From Gemmatimonadales bacterium (GTDB lineage: Bacteria > Gemmatimonadota > Gemmatimonadetes > Gemmatimonadales > JACORV01), in contig DATMBH010000075.1 of the NCBI GenBank assembly GCA_035559335.1, forward strand, positions 1-57,622: a stretch of 57,622 nt of DNA. Direction: 5' to 3'. The notes below the pieces were generated by a model. That model saw nothing but the letters and a program-made list of their open reading frames with translations, did not search any database and was not told where the DNA came from. The translations under genes and the position numbers were made by a program. Positions 28,433 to 38,209 of the stretch are shown here, piece by piece (position 1 is the stretch's first letter; each line of letters starts with the position of its first letter).

Positions 28433-31400
28433 TGGCGGCCCCAACGACGGCGCGGTATGCGCTGTTCGGTGCCCTGTTTTTTCTTTCCGGGGCGGCCGGG
28501 CTGATCTATGAGCAGCTATGGATTCGTGAACTTCAGCAGTTCTTTGGCTCTACAATCCACAGCATAACGACGGTCGTCGCGACGTACATGGGAGGCCTGG
28601 GCCTGGGGGCCTGGGTACTAGGTCGCAGGATCGACCGTCACCGCAACCCGGCCCACGTCTACGGCCTGCTGGAGCTGCTGATTGGCGGCTTCGGGATCCT
28701 GTCACCTCTGATCTTCGCCAATGTGGGCGCCGCCTGGATCGCACTGGCGCGGGCGCTGGAGCCGGGGCTGTGGGTTGCCACGGCGATCAAGGCGGTGGTC
28801 GCCTTCATCGTCATGCTGGTCCCGACTTTTCTGATGGGCGGCACGCTTCCCGTCCTTACCCGGGCGTTCGCCGGTCAGCGGCGCGACCGGCTACGGCACG
28901 AACTGGCCCTGTTCTACGGCCTGAACACGGTCGGTGGGGTGGCCGGATGCGTGCTGGCCGGCGTGGTCCTGGTCGAGCACGTTGGACTATGGCAGTCGCT
29001 GGTCGCCTGCGGCCTCCTCAACTTTGCCCTGGGTGGGATCGCGATCGCGGCTTCGCGCGAGCATCCGGAACCGACGATGGGTGCGACCGGGGAAATGGCG
29101 GCCGCTTCGGCGGTCGGCATGGGTCTGGATGAGGTAGCTGAGGAAGCCGAGGTGGCTCCGGCCGCGGTAAACCTGGGCGCGAGTGATGCCACGCGGAAAC
29201 TGGCGATCTGGCTGATCGGGATCACCGCGTTCGCATCGCTGCTGTACGAGATCGCGTGGACACGAACGCTGATCATGGTCGTCGGCAGCTCGACCTACGC
29301 ATTCACCACCATCCTGGCCTGCTTCCTGCTGGGCATCGGTCTTGGGAGCCTGATCGCCGTGGGCCACGGCAAGCCGGCGCGCGCCCTGCTGATCAAGGCG
29401 GCAATCGTGCAGGGCGCGGTTGCGCTGACGGCTGCGCTGATCTTCCCATTCTTCCGCACGCTTCCCGTCTACATCATTGCCACGCTGCAGGTGCCGTTCC
29501 TGACGGGCGGTGAGCTCATCGCGCTTCATACCGTGCCGCTGGTGCTAGTGGTGGTTCCGCCTGCGCTGGGACTCGGGCTCATCTTCCCGATTCTGGCCGA
29601 GCTCTCCGCCCGCGCTACCGGGCAGGCGGGAACGGAAACCGGACGAGCTTACGCCGCCAACACGCTGGGCTCGATCCTGGGCTCGATCGTGACCGGATTC
29701 GTGCTGATTCACCTGATAGGCAGCGAGCGGACCCTGGTACTGGGGGTGGCCATCACCGCCACCTGCGCAGCCGTCATGGCATGGCACCTGTACCGCGAAC
29801 GTGGGGAAACGGGGGTGCCCACGCCGGGAGAGCGCCTGCCCGTGATCCTGGCCATCGGCGCGGTGGCGATCGCCGTCCTCACTCCGGCGTGGTCGAGCCG
29901 GCTGCTCGATCGGGGACCAGCCATCTACGGCAGGGAGCGGATGTCACGTGTCGAACTGGACCAGTTCCTGCGCGGCTTTGGCCAGGAGCAGCTGCTCTAC
30001 GACGAGGGGTGGAACGCGACAATCTCCGTCTGGCGCTCGGCGGTTTCCACCTGGCTCAAGACCAATGGCAAGACGGACGCGTCCACCAACGCGGACATGG
30101 ACACCCAGGTTATGCTGGGGCTGCTGCCCGGCCTGGCACACCCCGAACCGGGCCGCGCGTTCGTGATCGGCTACGGCAGCGGAGTCACGGCACGAACCCT
30201 GGCGGACGTGCAAGGGATACGCGAACTGCACATCGCGGAGATCGAGGAAGGTGTACTCGAGGCGTCCCGGTTCTTCGAAAGCGTGAACCGCAACGTGCTC
30301 TCGGATCCACGAGTCCGCGTGATAAACGATGACGCTCGCTCCGCACTGCAGCTCGCCGGCGAGCCATATGACATCATCGTCAGCGAACCATCGAATCCCT
30401 GGATCGCGGGGGTGGCTTCGCTCTACACTCGCGAGTTCTTCCGGATTGTCAGGAGCCGACTGGCGCCGGGAGGAATCTTGTCGCAGTGGGTGCAGACGTA
30501 CCGCGTTCCGGTGAGCGTTGTGGCTGTCATCGTGGCGAACCTGCGGGCGGTGTTCCCACACGTGGAGATCTGGCACTCCAACACCAGCGACCTGATCATC
30601 CTTGCCAGCGATCGCCCCATCGTCTGGCGTCACGAGAGAGTGGCCGCGCATTTCGAAGCCGGTCCGGTGGCCGAAGCGATGCGCGATTGGATCCCGGCTT
30701 CGGTGCCTGCCGACCTGTTCGGCTACTTCGTGTTGAGCGACATCGGCACCACCGCCCTGGCCGGCACGGCGGCTTTCTCGCACGACGATAACCGCCCCTC
30801 ACTGGAGTTCGTAGCCGCACGGGCGTTGCTGGGTCCCACCCAGCGTGGCTCGTCGGTCTTCGATTCGCTGATGTCACTGCGGGAAGCCGTCGGCGACTCG
30901 GTGCCTAACCTAGCGGGCGCCTGGCAGCGAAGGCCGGGGGACTGGCAGGCGGCCCTGGCCGTTGCGCTGCCGCCCGACAGTCGCCACGCCCTCCAGTTCG
31001 CCGAGGCGGCGCTGGGCCTGGAGGATTCGCCGCGCAATCGGGGCGTGCTGGGAACAGTCTACCTTAGGCGCGGGGATTTCCATCGGGCTGTGCCGCACCT
31101 GCGAACGGCGCTGGCGGGCGAGCCCGGAAACCCGCAGTGGCTGCTGCGCGCCGGACTGGCGCTGGCCAACACCGAACAGACCGAGGTGGGGCTCGCGCTC
31201 CTCGAACGCGTTGCCGCATCTGGCGGCGATTCGGTACAGGCATTCGCGGCGCTCGCCCAAGCAGCGGCCGACGGCGCCGACTGGGAGCGGGCCGCAGCCT
31301 ACGTCATGCGCTCGCTCAGGGCGCTGCGTCCGACCATCGCCTCACCGTTCCCAGGCACGCTTGAAAACGCGTTGCGTCGCATCGCCGATTTCGCACCTCC

Positions 31401-31602
31401 TCCGCTGGCCGTAACCGTGCTGGAAACGGCCGTCAACTCGCTGCCCGCCTGGGAGCTGGCTTATCGTGGCGCGGTGGTGGCGAATCTGCGCTGGGGTCGG
31501 CAACGCTGTGGAAGGGCGCTGGAACTGGCTGACGAACTGCCGCGTTTCGGATGGACCAACATGGAGCTGGCGAACCTGCTGCGGATCTGCGCGGCTTCGT
31601 GA
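28432..31602 (+). CDS. fused polytopic membrane / spermidine synthase-like methyltransferase-fold / TPR protein
   Basis: ATG at 28432 overlaps the E1 stop (TGATG); 1056 aa. N-terminal half has many hydrophobic segments. Middle has VIGYGSGVTARTLA and DIIVSEPSNPWIAGVASLYTREFF (SpeE-like). C-terminal region is TPR-like. Confidence 0.8.
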   Translation: MAAPTTARYALFGALFFLSGAAGLIYEQLWIRELQQFFGSTIHSITTVVATYMGGLGLGAWVLGRRIDRHRNPAHVYGLLELLIGGFGILSPLIFANVGAAWIALARALEPGLWVATAIKAVVAFIVMLVPTFLMGGTLPVLTRAFAGQRRDRLRHELALFYGLNTVGGVAGCVLAGVVLVEHVGLWQSLVACGLLNFALGGIAIAASREHPEPTMGATGEMAAASAVGMGLDEVAEEAEVAPAAVNLGASDATRKLAIWLIGITAFASLLYEIAWTRTLIMVVGSSTYAFTTILACFLLGIGLGSLIAVGHGKPARALLIKAAIVQGAVALTAALIFPFFRTLPVYIIATLQVPFLTGGELIALHTVPLVLVVVPPALGLGLIFPILAELSARATGQAGTETGRAYAANTLGSILGSIVTGFVLIHLIGSERTLVLGVAITATCAAVMAWHLYRERGETGVPTPGERLPVILAIGAVAIAVLTPAWSSRLLDRGPAIYGRERMSRVELDQFLRGFGQEQLLYDEGWNATISVWRSAVSTWLKTNGKTDASTNADMDTQVMLGLLPGLAHPEPGRAFVIGYGSGVTARTLADVQGIRELHIAEIEEGVLEASRFFESVNRNVLSDPRVRVINDDARSALQLAGEPYDIIVSEPSNPWIAGVASLYTREFFRIVRSRLAPGGILSQWVQTYRVPVSVVAVIVANLRAVFPHVEIWHSNTSDLIILASDRPIVWRHERVAAHFEAGPVAEAMRDWIPASVPADLFGYFVLSDIGTTALAGTAAFSHDDNRPSLEFVAARALLGPTQRGSSVFDSLMSLREAVGDSVPNLAGAWQRRPGDWQAALAVALPPDSRHALQFAEAALGLEDSPRNRGVLGTVYLRRGDFHRAVPHLRTALAGEPGNPQWLLRAGLALANTEQTEVGLALLERVAASGGDSVQAFAALAQAAADGADWERAAAYVMRSLRALRPTIASPFPGTLENALRRIADFAPPPLAVTVLETAVNSLPAWELAYRGAVVANLRWGRQRCGRALELADELPRFGWTNMELANLLRICAAS

Positions 31603-31603
31603 A

Positions 31604-33499
31604 TCAGCGCTCAGACTGACGAGTCAGGCGCCGGACCTCTCCCGCTGCGTCAATGACTGCGTCCACCTCGCGCGACAGCGCCTTGGCCGTCTGCGTGGCC
31701 GTTGTGAGATCGCCGAGGACCTCGGTAATGCTGGCGGATTTCAGCCGCAGCAGATCGAACCGCACGTTCTGCATCGCGATCACACACGACTCGAACTGAG
31801 CCTGCAGCTTCGAGCGGCGCTCGATGAGCTGGGCCAGCTTCTGGCGCTGCTGCTGGTACAGCGCGAGCCGCCGTTCCCGGTCAGGTGAATCGGGCTCGCC
31901 CGCCAGCTCGCCCAGCCTCTGGTCGATCTTGTCGAGTGCGCTGGCGTCGATGTCGCGCTCCAGCGAGGCAAGCGTGCGCCCCAGCTCTACCGCCCTGTCA
32001 TACAGTTGGTTGACGGTTGGTTCAACCTCGGGGAGCATCTTGCGTTCTTCCTTTGAGAGTCGCCCGAGCATCGCGAGCACTGCGGCTCGGTCAGCCTGCG
32101 CCTGCGAGAGCGCCGCTGCATTAGCGCCGAATTCGGCATCGGTGGGCGGTGGCAGGTCTCGCCGTCGTCCGACCGCAGCTGACACGGCACCCGTCCTCAC
32201 GACCACCGCGTCCGGCGCCGGAGGCCTCTCGATCACATCCCGCCAGGAGTAGCCCGCCATCCAGAGCTTGGCGTAGTCCTTAGCAACGCCGATCCCCCAG
32301 AATCCCGCCACAATCAGCGACCACGGTGGGCTGAAATCCCCGAAGGCGTTGATGAGAATCAGCATTCCGTTGACCGCGGCATACGTGGCGGCCCGGGCAC
32401 GGAACCGCGTGACCATGATCGGCTCGCCGGTCTTGGCCGCCAGTTCGGCTATCTCGCGCTCCTCTCGCTCCTTGTCTGAGAGCTTGCGCTCGTGCCGCTC
32501 GGAACGTTCCAGTCTCCGCTCGAGCCGGCGCACGTCCTTGCTCGAGCGCGGGAGTCGTTCGACGGGAGAACGAGGCGCCGGCGGCGGAGGCGAGTCCTCA
32601 CCCGTCGCGCCGGAAACGCGTCGCGGCGAGCGTCCCGCGCGCACCGGAGGGGCCGTGTAGGTGTTGGTTTCGAGCGCGCGCCGCAACGCGTCAGCAGTTG
32701 GCCAGCGATCCTCCGGATCCTTCTCCAAGCAGCGCATGATGATCTGAGACAGCTCCGGCGGGACCTCTGGCCGGCGCCGGTCCACGGGCGCCGGTCGCTC
32801 GCCGATCTGCTTCATCAGCAGCGCAGCCACCGAGGGCGCCTGGAACGGCAGCTCACCGGTGAGCATCTGATACGAGACCACGCCCAGCGAGTAGAGGTCC
32901 GAGCGGCCGTCAATCTCACGATCGCCCGCCGCCTGCTCCGGGCTCATATATGCCGGCGTCCCGATGGCCACTCCGGCCTCTGTCAGCGTCCCGCCCTCGG
33001 CGCTCAGCGCCTTTGCGATGCCGAAGTCGGTCACGATTACGCGGCCCCGAGTGCCCTCAAGAAGGATGTTGTCCGGCTTCACGTCGCGGTGGATCACACC
33101 CTGCTGGTGCGCGGCCGCAAGGGCATCGGCGGTCTCCTTGGCGACCCGCCGCGCCTCCTCGATCGACAGCTTGCCGCGCCGTTTGAGCCGCACGGCCAGC
33201 GACTCGCCATCCACGTATGCCATGACGAAGTACACCAGCTCGGCAGCGTCGCCGACCGTGTGGATTGGCACGATATGCGGATGCGACAGCCGCGCGGCGG
33301 TCTCCGCCTCGCGCAAGAAGCGGGTCCGGATATCTGATCGGAAGGCCAGCTCAGGAGGCAGAACTTTGATAGCCACCGGGCGCTTCAACCGCTCGTCCCG
33401 GGCCCGGTACACCACGCCCATGCCGCCACGCCCGATCTCGCCTTCGATCGTGTAATCCTTCCCAACTGCCTGGGCGAGACGAGCTTCGAGCACGGCCAT
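31604..33499 (-). CDS. Ser/Thr protein kinase with C-terminal membrane and coiled-coil region
   Basis: Hanks motifs VAIKVL, HRDVKPDNILL, DFGIAKAL, GTPAYMSPE. Then a Pro-rich linker, charged RLERRLERSERHERK stretch, two hydrophobic segments and a long helical C-terminus. Confidence 0.9.
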   Translation of the reverse strand: MAVLEARLAQAVGKDYTIEGEIGRGGMGVVYRARDERLKRPVAIKVLPPELAFRSDIRTRFLREAETAARLSHPHIVPIHTVGDAAELVYFVMAYVDGESLAVRLKRRGKLSIEEARRVAKETADALAAAHQQGVIHRDVKPDNILLEGTRGRVIVTDFGIAKALSAEGGTLTEAGVAIGTPAYMSPEQAAGDREIDGRSDLYSLGVVSYQMLTGELPFQAPSVAALLMKQIGERPAPVDRRRPEVPPELSQIIMRCLEKDPEDRWPTADALRRALETNTYTAPPVRAGRSPRRVSGATGEDSPPPPAPRSPVERLPRSSKDVRRLERRLERSERHERKLSDKEREEREIAELAAKTGEPIMVTRFRARAATYAAVNGMLILINAFGDFSPPWSLIVAGFWGIGVAKDYAKLWMAGYSWRDVIERPPAPDAVVVRTGAVSAAVGRRRDLPPPTDAEFGANAAALSQAQADRAAVLAMLGRLSKEERKMLPEVEPTVNQLYDRAVELGRTLASLERDIDASALDKIDQRLGELAGEPDSPDRERRLALYQQQRQKLAQLIERRSKLQAQFESCVIAMQNVRFDLLRLKSASITEVLGDLTTATQTAKALSREVDAVIDAAGEVRRLTRQSER

Positions 33500-33579
33500 A
33501 GATTAGTGGTGGGTTAGAGGTTGGGCAACATTGGTGCCAAGGGCGGCTGCCACTTTGGCGGAAGTTCCACGCCGCGCGG

Positions 33580-33594
33580 TGGCACAGTCGGTGC
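33580..33594 (+). promoter_or_regulatory. sigma54-like -24/-12 element upstream of lon (speculative)
   Basis: TGGCAC-agtcg-GTGC versus consensus TGGCAC-N5-TTGC; GG and GC have canonical spacing. Ends 53 nt upstream of the lon ATG. Confidence 0.2.
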
Positions 33595-33647
33595 GATCAA
33601 TTAAATAGACACCGACTCGCAACCTGTGCCGAAAGAAGGCGACCCAG

Positions 33648-36089
33648 ATGTCCGAAAGACTCACACTCCCAGTTCTTCCGCTGCGGGACCTCGTGTTGTT
33701 CCCCGGCGTGACCTCACCGATCAATGCCGGTCGCCCTGGCACTCTGCGCGCTGTCGAACGCGCGCTGAAGGACGAGCGCAGACTGATCTTCGCCGTCACG
33801 CAGAAGGACACATCCGATCAGGTTTCGGCCGCCAACCTGTATACGATCGGGACGGTCGCCAAGATCGGTCAGATCCAGCGTGGACTGGGTGGCATCCAGC
33901 TGCTGCTTCACGGCGAGTACCGCGGCAGCGCGCTCCACTACACCGATCGTGACGGGGCGCTGGAAGCAGTGTTGGTCGAAGCCGAGGACATCCCTCCGCA
34001 GGATCCCGACGACGCTCTGTTCCAGGCGCTGTACAAGGAGACGCGGGAGCGCGCGGCGGAGCTGGGCCAGAAGAGCGGGCTTCCCGAGGAAGTGATTCAG
34101 CAGGTCCTTGGCCAGGTGCAGGATCCTGGGCGGTTCGCCGATCTGGTTGCGGGCTACCTCGAGGTGAAGACATCGGAGCGGCAGGAGCTGCTTGAGACTC
34201 TTTCCGTCGAAACGCGGTTGCGGCGGGTCCTGGTGCATGTGCAGCGACAGATCGCGGTTACAGAGGCCCAGGAGGACATCAAGTCCCAGGTCCAGGAAGA
34301 GATCGGCGAGCGGCAGCGGGAGATGTATCTGCGCGAGCAGATCAAGGCCATCAAGCGGGAGCTTGGCGAGGCGGACGACGAGAAGGAGATGGACGATCTG
34401 CGCGCCAAGCTCGAGCAGTTGGAGCTGCCCGAGGCGGCTCGCAAGGAGGTCCAGCGCGAGCTGTCGCGGCTAGAACGGACGTCCAAGGAGTCCATGGAAG
34501 CACAGGTCATCCGCACCTACCTGGAGTGGATCGCCGAGCTGCCGTGGAACAAGCGTAGTGAAGACCTGCTCGACCAGGCGCGTGCCGAGCAGGTGCTCGA
34601 GGAGGACCATTACGGTCTGAAGGACGTAAAGGAGAGGGTACTGGAGTTTCTTGCAGTTAGGCAGCTGCGGCAAAAGGCGCGCGACGCGGGAGATTCGGAG
34701 GACAGACCCAGACAGGAGAAGGTGATCACTGGGGAGCACGCCGTGCCGGTGGGCGAGGACGACAAGGCCAAGGGGCCGATCCTGCTGTTTCTCGGGCCGC
34801 CTGGAGTTGGCAAGACCTCGATCGCGAAGTCGATCGCACGGGCCATGGGCCGGCGTTACGTGCGGATCTCGCTAGGTGGAGCGCGGGACGAAGCCGACGT
34901 CCGCGGGCACCGGCGGACCTATGTGGGCGCCATGCCGGGGCGGATAATCCAGGGCATGAAGCAGGCCGGCACTAGGAACCCGGTGTTCCTGCTTGACGAG
35001 GTCGACAAGCTTGGCGTGTCGTTCCAAGGCGATCCCGCTGCGGCGCTGCTGGAAGTGTTGGATCCGGCCCAGAACGACTCCTTCACGGACCACTACCTTG
35101 GGGTCCCGTTCGACCTGTCGGAGGTGCTGTTCATAGCGACTGCAAACTTCGTGCAGGGCATTCCGGGCCCGCTGCTCGACCGGATGGAGCTGGTGGAGTT
35201 CAACGGCTACACCGAGGAAGAGAAGGCAACTATCGCCAAGCGCTACCTGATCCCGCGCCAGATGGAAGAGAACGGCTTGGCGGCTAGTCAGTTCGAGCTA
35301 ACCGAGGCGGCGCTTGCGCAGGTCATCAGCGGATACACTCGTGAGGCAGGCGTGCGGCAGCTGGAGCGCGAGATCGGGAGGCTGGCGCGGAAGTCGGCGC
35401 GACGGATCGCCGGGGGAGCCGTCGAGCGAGTCGTGGTGGACGAGGCGCTGGTCACCGAGATGCTGGGGCGGCCCAAGGTTCACCCGGAGCGGGCTGCGGC
35501 CCAGGACGCGGTCGGCGTCGCCACCGGCATGTACTACACGCCGATGGGCGGCGACATCATGTTCGTGGAGGCTTCCCTCGTTCCAGGTAAGAACGACCTG
35601 GTCCTGACCGGCCACCTCGGTGACGTGATGAAGGAATCAGCGAGGGCGGCGCTCACCTACGCCCGCACTCGGGCCGCATCACTGGGCGTGGCTGAGGAGC
35701 TGATCAAGGAGCGCGAGGTTCACATCCATGTCCCCGCGGGCGCGGTGCCGAAGGACGGGCCTTCGGCCGGCGTTACCATGGCCACGGCGCTGGTCAGCGC
35801 CATGACGGGGCGAGCCGTCCGTCACGATGTCGCGATGACAGGCGAGATCACGCTGGGCGGCCGGGTCCTTCCGATCGGCGGGCTGAAGGAGAAGGTACTC
35901 GGGGCCGCGCGCGCCGGAATCCGCGAGATCATCCTGCCCAAGCAGAACGACCCGGATCTCGAGGATCTTTCCGAGGAGATCCGGCGCCGGCTCGTCTTCC
36001 ACCCGGTGGAGACGCTGGACGAGGTGCTGAACCTGGCCCTGGTGAGCCCCGAGTCCAAAGTGGTCAGCGAACTGCTGCGGAAGGTCTAG
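33648..36089 (+). CDS. lon: ATP-dependent Lon protease
   Basis: 813 aa. LON N-domain, Walker A GPPGVGKTS, Walker B FLLDEVDK, catalytic PKDGPSAG and following Lys region. Confidence 0.95.
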   Translation: MSERLTLPVLPLRDLVLFPGVTSPINAGRPGTLRAVERALKDERRLIFAVTQKDTSDQVSAANLYTIGTVAKIGQIQRGLGGIQLLLHGEYRGSALHYTDRDGALEAVLVEAEDIPPQDPDDALFQALYKETRERAAELGQKSGLPEEVIQQVLGQVQDPGRFADLVAGYLEVKTSERQELLETLSVETRLRRVLVHVQRQIAVTEAQEDIKSQVQEEIGERQREMYLREQIKAIKRELGEADDEKEMDDLRAKLEQLELPEAARKEVQRELSRLERTSKESMEAQVIRTYLEWIAELPWNKRSEDLLDQARAEQVLEEDHYGLKDVKERVLEFLAVRQLRQKARDAGDSEDRPRQEKVITGEHAVPVGEDDKAKGPILLFLGPPGVGKTSIAKSIARAMGRRYVRISLGGARDEADVRGHRRTYVGAMPGRIIQGMKQAGTRNPVFLLDEVDKLGVSFQGDPAAALLEVLDPAQNDSFTDHYLGVPFDLSEVLFIATANFVQGIPGPLLDRMELVEFNGYTEEEKATIAKRYLIPRQMEENGLAASQFELTEAALAQVISGYTREAGVRQLEREIGRLARKSARRIAGGAVERVVVDEALVTEMLGRPKVHPERAAAQDAVGVATGMYYTPMGGDIMFVEASLVPGKNDLVLTGHLGDVMKESARAALTYARTRAASLGVAEELIKEREVHIHVPAGAVPKDGPSAGVTMATALVSAMTGRAVRHDVAMTGEITLGGRVLPIGGLKEKVLGAARAGIREIILPKQNDPDLEDLSEEIRRRLVFHPVETLDEVLNLALVSPESKVVSELLRKV

Positions 36090-36142
36090 GAAGCCCAGAA
36101 CCGCGCCGACCAACGCGGCCCGCAAGGCTGGTTAAGAGTTGC

Positions 36143-38209
36143 CTAGGGAGCGATGCCTAACAATGTGCCGAGCCGGCGCAGGACGCGATTAGCGATCGCA
36201 CCCGGCGTCGGCTCGGTGCCTTCCAGGAACCACTCCGTTACCGTGCTGTCGGCCGGCTCTGCTCCGGCCGGCCGGCCGTCGCTGCGCCGCACCCGTACCG
36301 CCACGAGGCCGGCCGGAGGAGTCCAGTCGTTCGGGGCCGGGCGCGTACGATACACATCACGCGCGAACTGTGCCCAGATGGGTGCAGCCAGCGTGCCGCC
36401 GAAGGCGCCGGGCATGATCGTCTGCCTCCGGTCGAAACCGAGCCAGACGCCGGCCACTAGGTCCGGAGTGTATCCAATGAACCACACGTCGGCGTTGTCG
36501 TTCGTGGTTCCGGTCTTTCCGGCCACGGGAATGGTGCGTGGTACCACGCGTCGAACCGCGGTCCCCGTGCCGCGGTCTACCGCCTCCTGTAGCATGCTGG
36601 TTACCTGATAGGCGATCCGCGGATCCAGTACCAAGCTGCTCTGCGGCGGAAGCGACTGGTCGTAGACCGGGATGCCTTCGGCGTTCTGCACCACCGTTAC
36701 GAGCCGGGGTGGAGTCCAGTAGCCCAGTGTCGCGAAGGCGGTGTAGGCCGATATCAGCTCGATTGGTCTTACATCGGCGGCGCCTATCGCGCTCGCGGCG
36801 TAGGGCGGTATCGGCGTGGACAGCCCCAGTCGGTTGGCGAGCGCGGCGATGGAGTCCATTCCGACCAGCAAGGCCAGACGGATAGTCGGGATGTTTATCG
36901 AGCGGACCAGAGCAAGACGCAGCGTGACCTGACCACTCCAGCTCCCGTCGCTATTCTCCGGGCGCCAGCGAGTGCCGTCTCCACGTGGCAGATCGATGGG
37001 CGCGTCTTCCAGCAACAGGTTCGGCGCGATGCCGGCCGCCAAAGCAGCTGCGAAGACGAAAGGTTTGAAGGCCGAGCCAGCCTGACGCAGCCCTTGCACC
37101 GCGCGATTGAACTCCGAATCCCTGAAATCGCGTCCGCCAACCAGCGCAAGCACGTCACCCGTTGCGGGATCGAGCGCTACCATCAACCCCTGGAGGTATG
37201 GAGTTCGTGCCGCCCTGGTCGGGCCCGAGGCCGTGCTCCGCGCCCCAGGGCTGTAACGGGGCCAACGGTACCCGGGCAGCGACTCCACGCGCGCCAGGCC
37301 TGCCGCGAGCGCGGTGGCTGCCGCGGCCTGGAGACCAGGGTCGATCGTCGTGTACACCTGCAGGCCGCCAGTATTGACGGTACTCAGGCCATGGCGCTCA
37401 GCGAGCCAGCGGCGAACCCACTCGAGGACCCACGGAGCCCGAACGGAGTAACCGTCGTCGCGTGCGAGCCGGAGCGGCTCGGCCTCGGCCATCCGTCTCT
37501 GGTAGGCAGTAATGAAACGCTGCTCCTCCATGCGCCGCAGCACGAGGTTCCGGCGTCGCACCGCCCCGGCCGGATTGCGGCGCGGATCCAGATTTGACGG
37601 TGAGTTAGGCAGCCCGGCGAGCAGCGCTGCCTCCGCGAGGGTGAGGTCGGCAGCCTGCTTTCCGAAGATGTGGCGCGCCGCAGCCTCGATGCCGTACCAC
37701 CCGCGGCCGAAATTGATGTAGTTGATATAGGCCTCAAGGATCTCGGCCTTGGTATGCCGGCGCTCCAGGGCCCGGGCGTACTCCGCCTCGCGGAGCTTGC
37801 GCGCCAGGGAGATGTCGCGGCGATCTACCAGGCCCATGGCCCCGACTAGCTGCTGGGTAATGGTGCTCGCCCCGCGAGACCCGAAGCCGCGCAGCAGGTT
37901 GTCGCGCAGCGCCCCGACGATCCCCACCACATCGACCCCATCGTGCTGATAGAAGCGACGGTCCTCGATTGCCACGAACGCCTGGCCCACATGGGCAGGC
38001 AGATCGACCAGCCTGACCCAAGTGCGGACCTCCGGCCCGATTTCCCCGATCAGGCCGCCGGTGCGGTCGTAGACCACCGTGGCCTGCGGCGGGCGAACAA
38101 TTCGGACCGTGTCCGGACGGGGCTGGGCAGCGGCCACACAAGGTATCAACCAGACGGTTGACAGTGCGGCAACCGTCACCAGCTTAACGCCAGGAGCAGT
38201 GCTCAGCAT
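36143..38209 (-). CDS. class A penicillin-binding protein (PBP1A-type transglycosylase/transpeptidase)
   Basis: GT51 motifs EDRRFYQHDGVD, GASTITQQL, RKLREA. TPase motifs SAFKPF, SIN, KTGTT. Start taken at ATG 38209 (MLSTAPGVKLVTVAAL...); the track's longer N-terminus overlaps the TetR gene. Confidence 0.85.
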   Translation of the reverse strand: MLSTAPGVKLVTVAALSTVWLIPCVAAAQPRPDTVRIVRPPQATVVYDRTGGLIGEIGPEVRTWVRLVDLPAHVGQAFVAIEDRRFYQHDGVDVVGIVGALRDNLLRGFGSRGASTITQQLVGAMGLVDRRDISLARKLREAEYARALERRHTKAEILEAYINYINFGRGWYGIEAAARHIFGKQAADLTLAEAALLAGLPNSPSNLDPRRNPAGAVRRRNLVLRRMEEQRFITAYQRRMAEAEPLRLARDDGYSVRAPWVLEWVRRWLAERHGLSTVNTGGLQVYTTIDPGLQAAAATALAAGLARVESLPGYRWPRYSPGARSTASGPTRAARTPYLQGLMVALDPATGDVLALVGGRDFRDSEFNRAVQGLRQAGSAFKPFVFAAALAAGIAPNLLLEDAPIDLPRGDGTRWRPENSDGSWSGQVTLRLALVRSINIPTIRLALLVGMDSIAALANRLGLSTPIPPYAASAIGAADVRPIELISAYTAFATLGYWTPPRLVTVVQNAEGIPVYDQSLPPQSSLVLDPRIAYQVTSMLQEAVDRGTGTAVRRVVPRTIPVAGKTGTTNDNADVWFIGYTPDLVAGVWLGFDRRQTIMPGAFGGTLAAPIWAQFARDVYRTRPAPNDWTPPAGLVAVRVRRSDGRPAGAEPADSTVTEWFLEGTEPTPGAIANRVLRRLGTLLGIAP

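Noticed and set aside
36090-36142. Terminator between convergent lon and PBP1A; similar weak hairpins at 9838-9882, 26275-26308 and 52411-52425.
   Set aside because: Stems are only 5-6 bp with no U-tract, so they cannot be told apart from chance GC-rich pairing.
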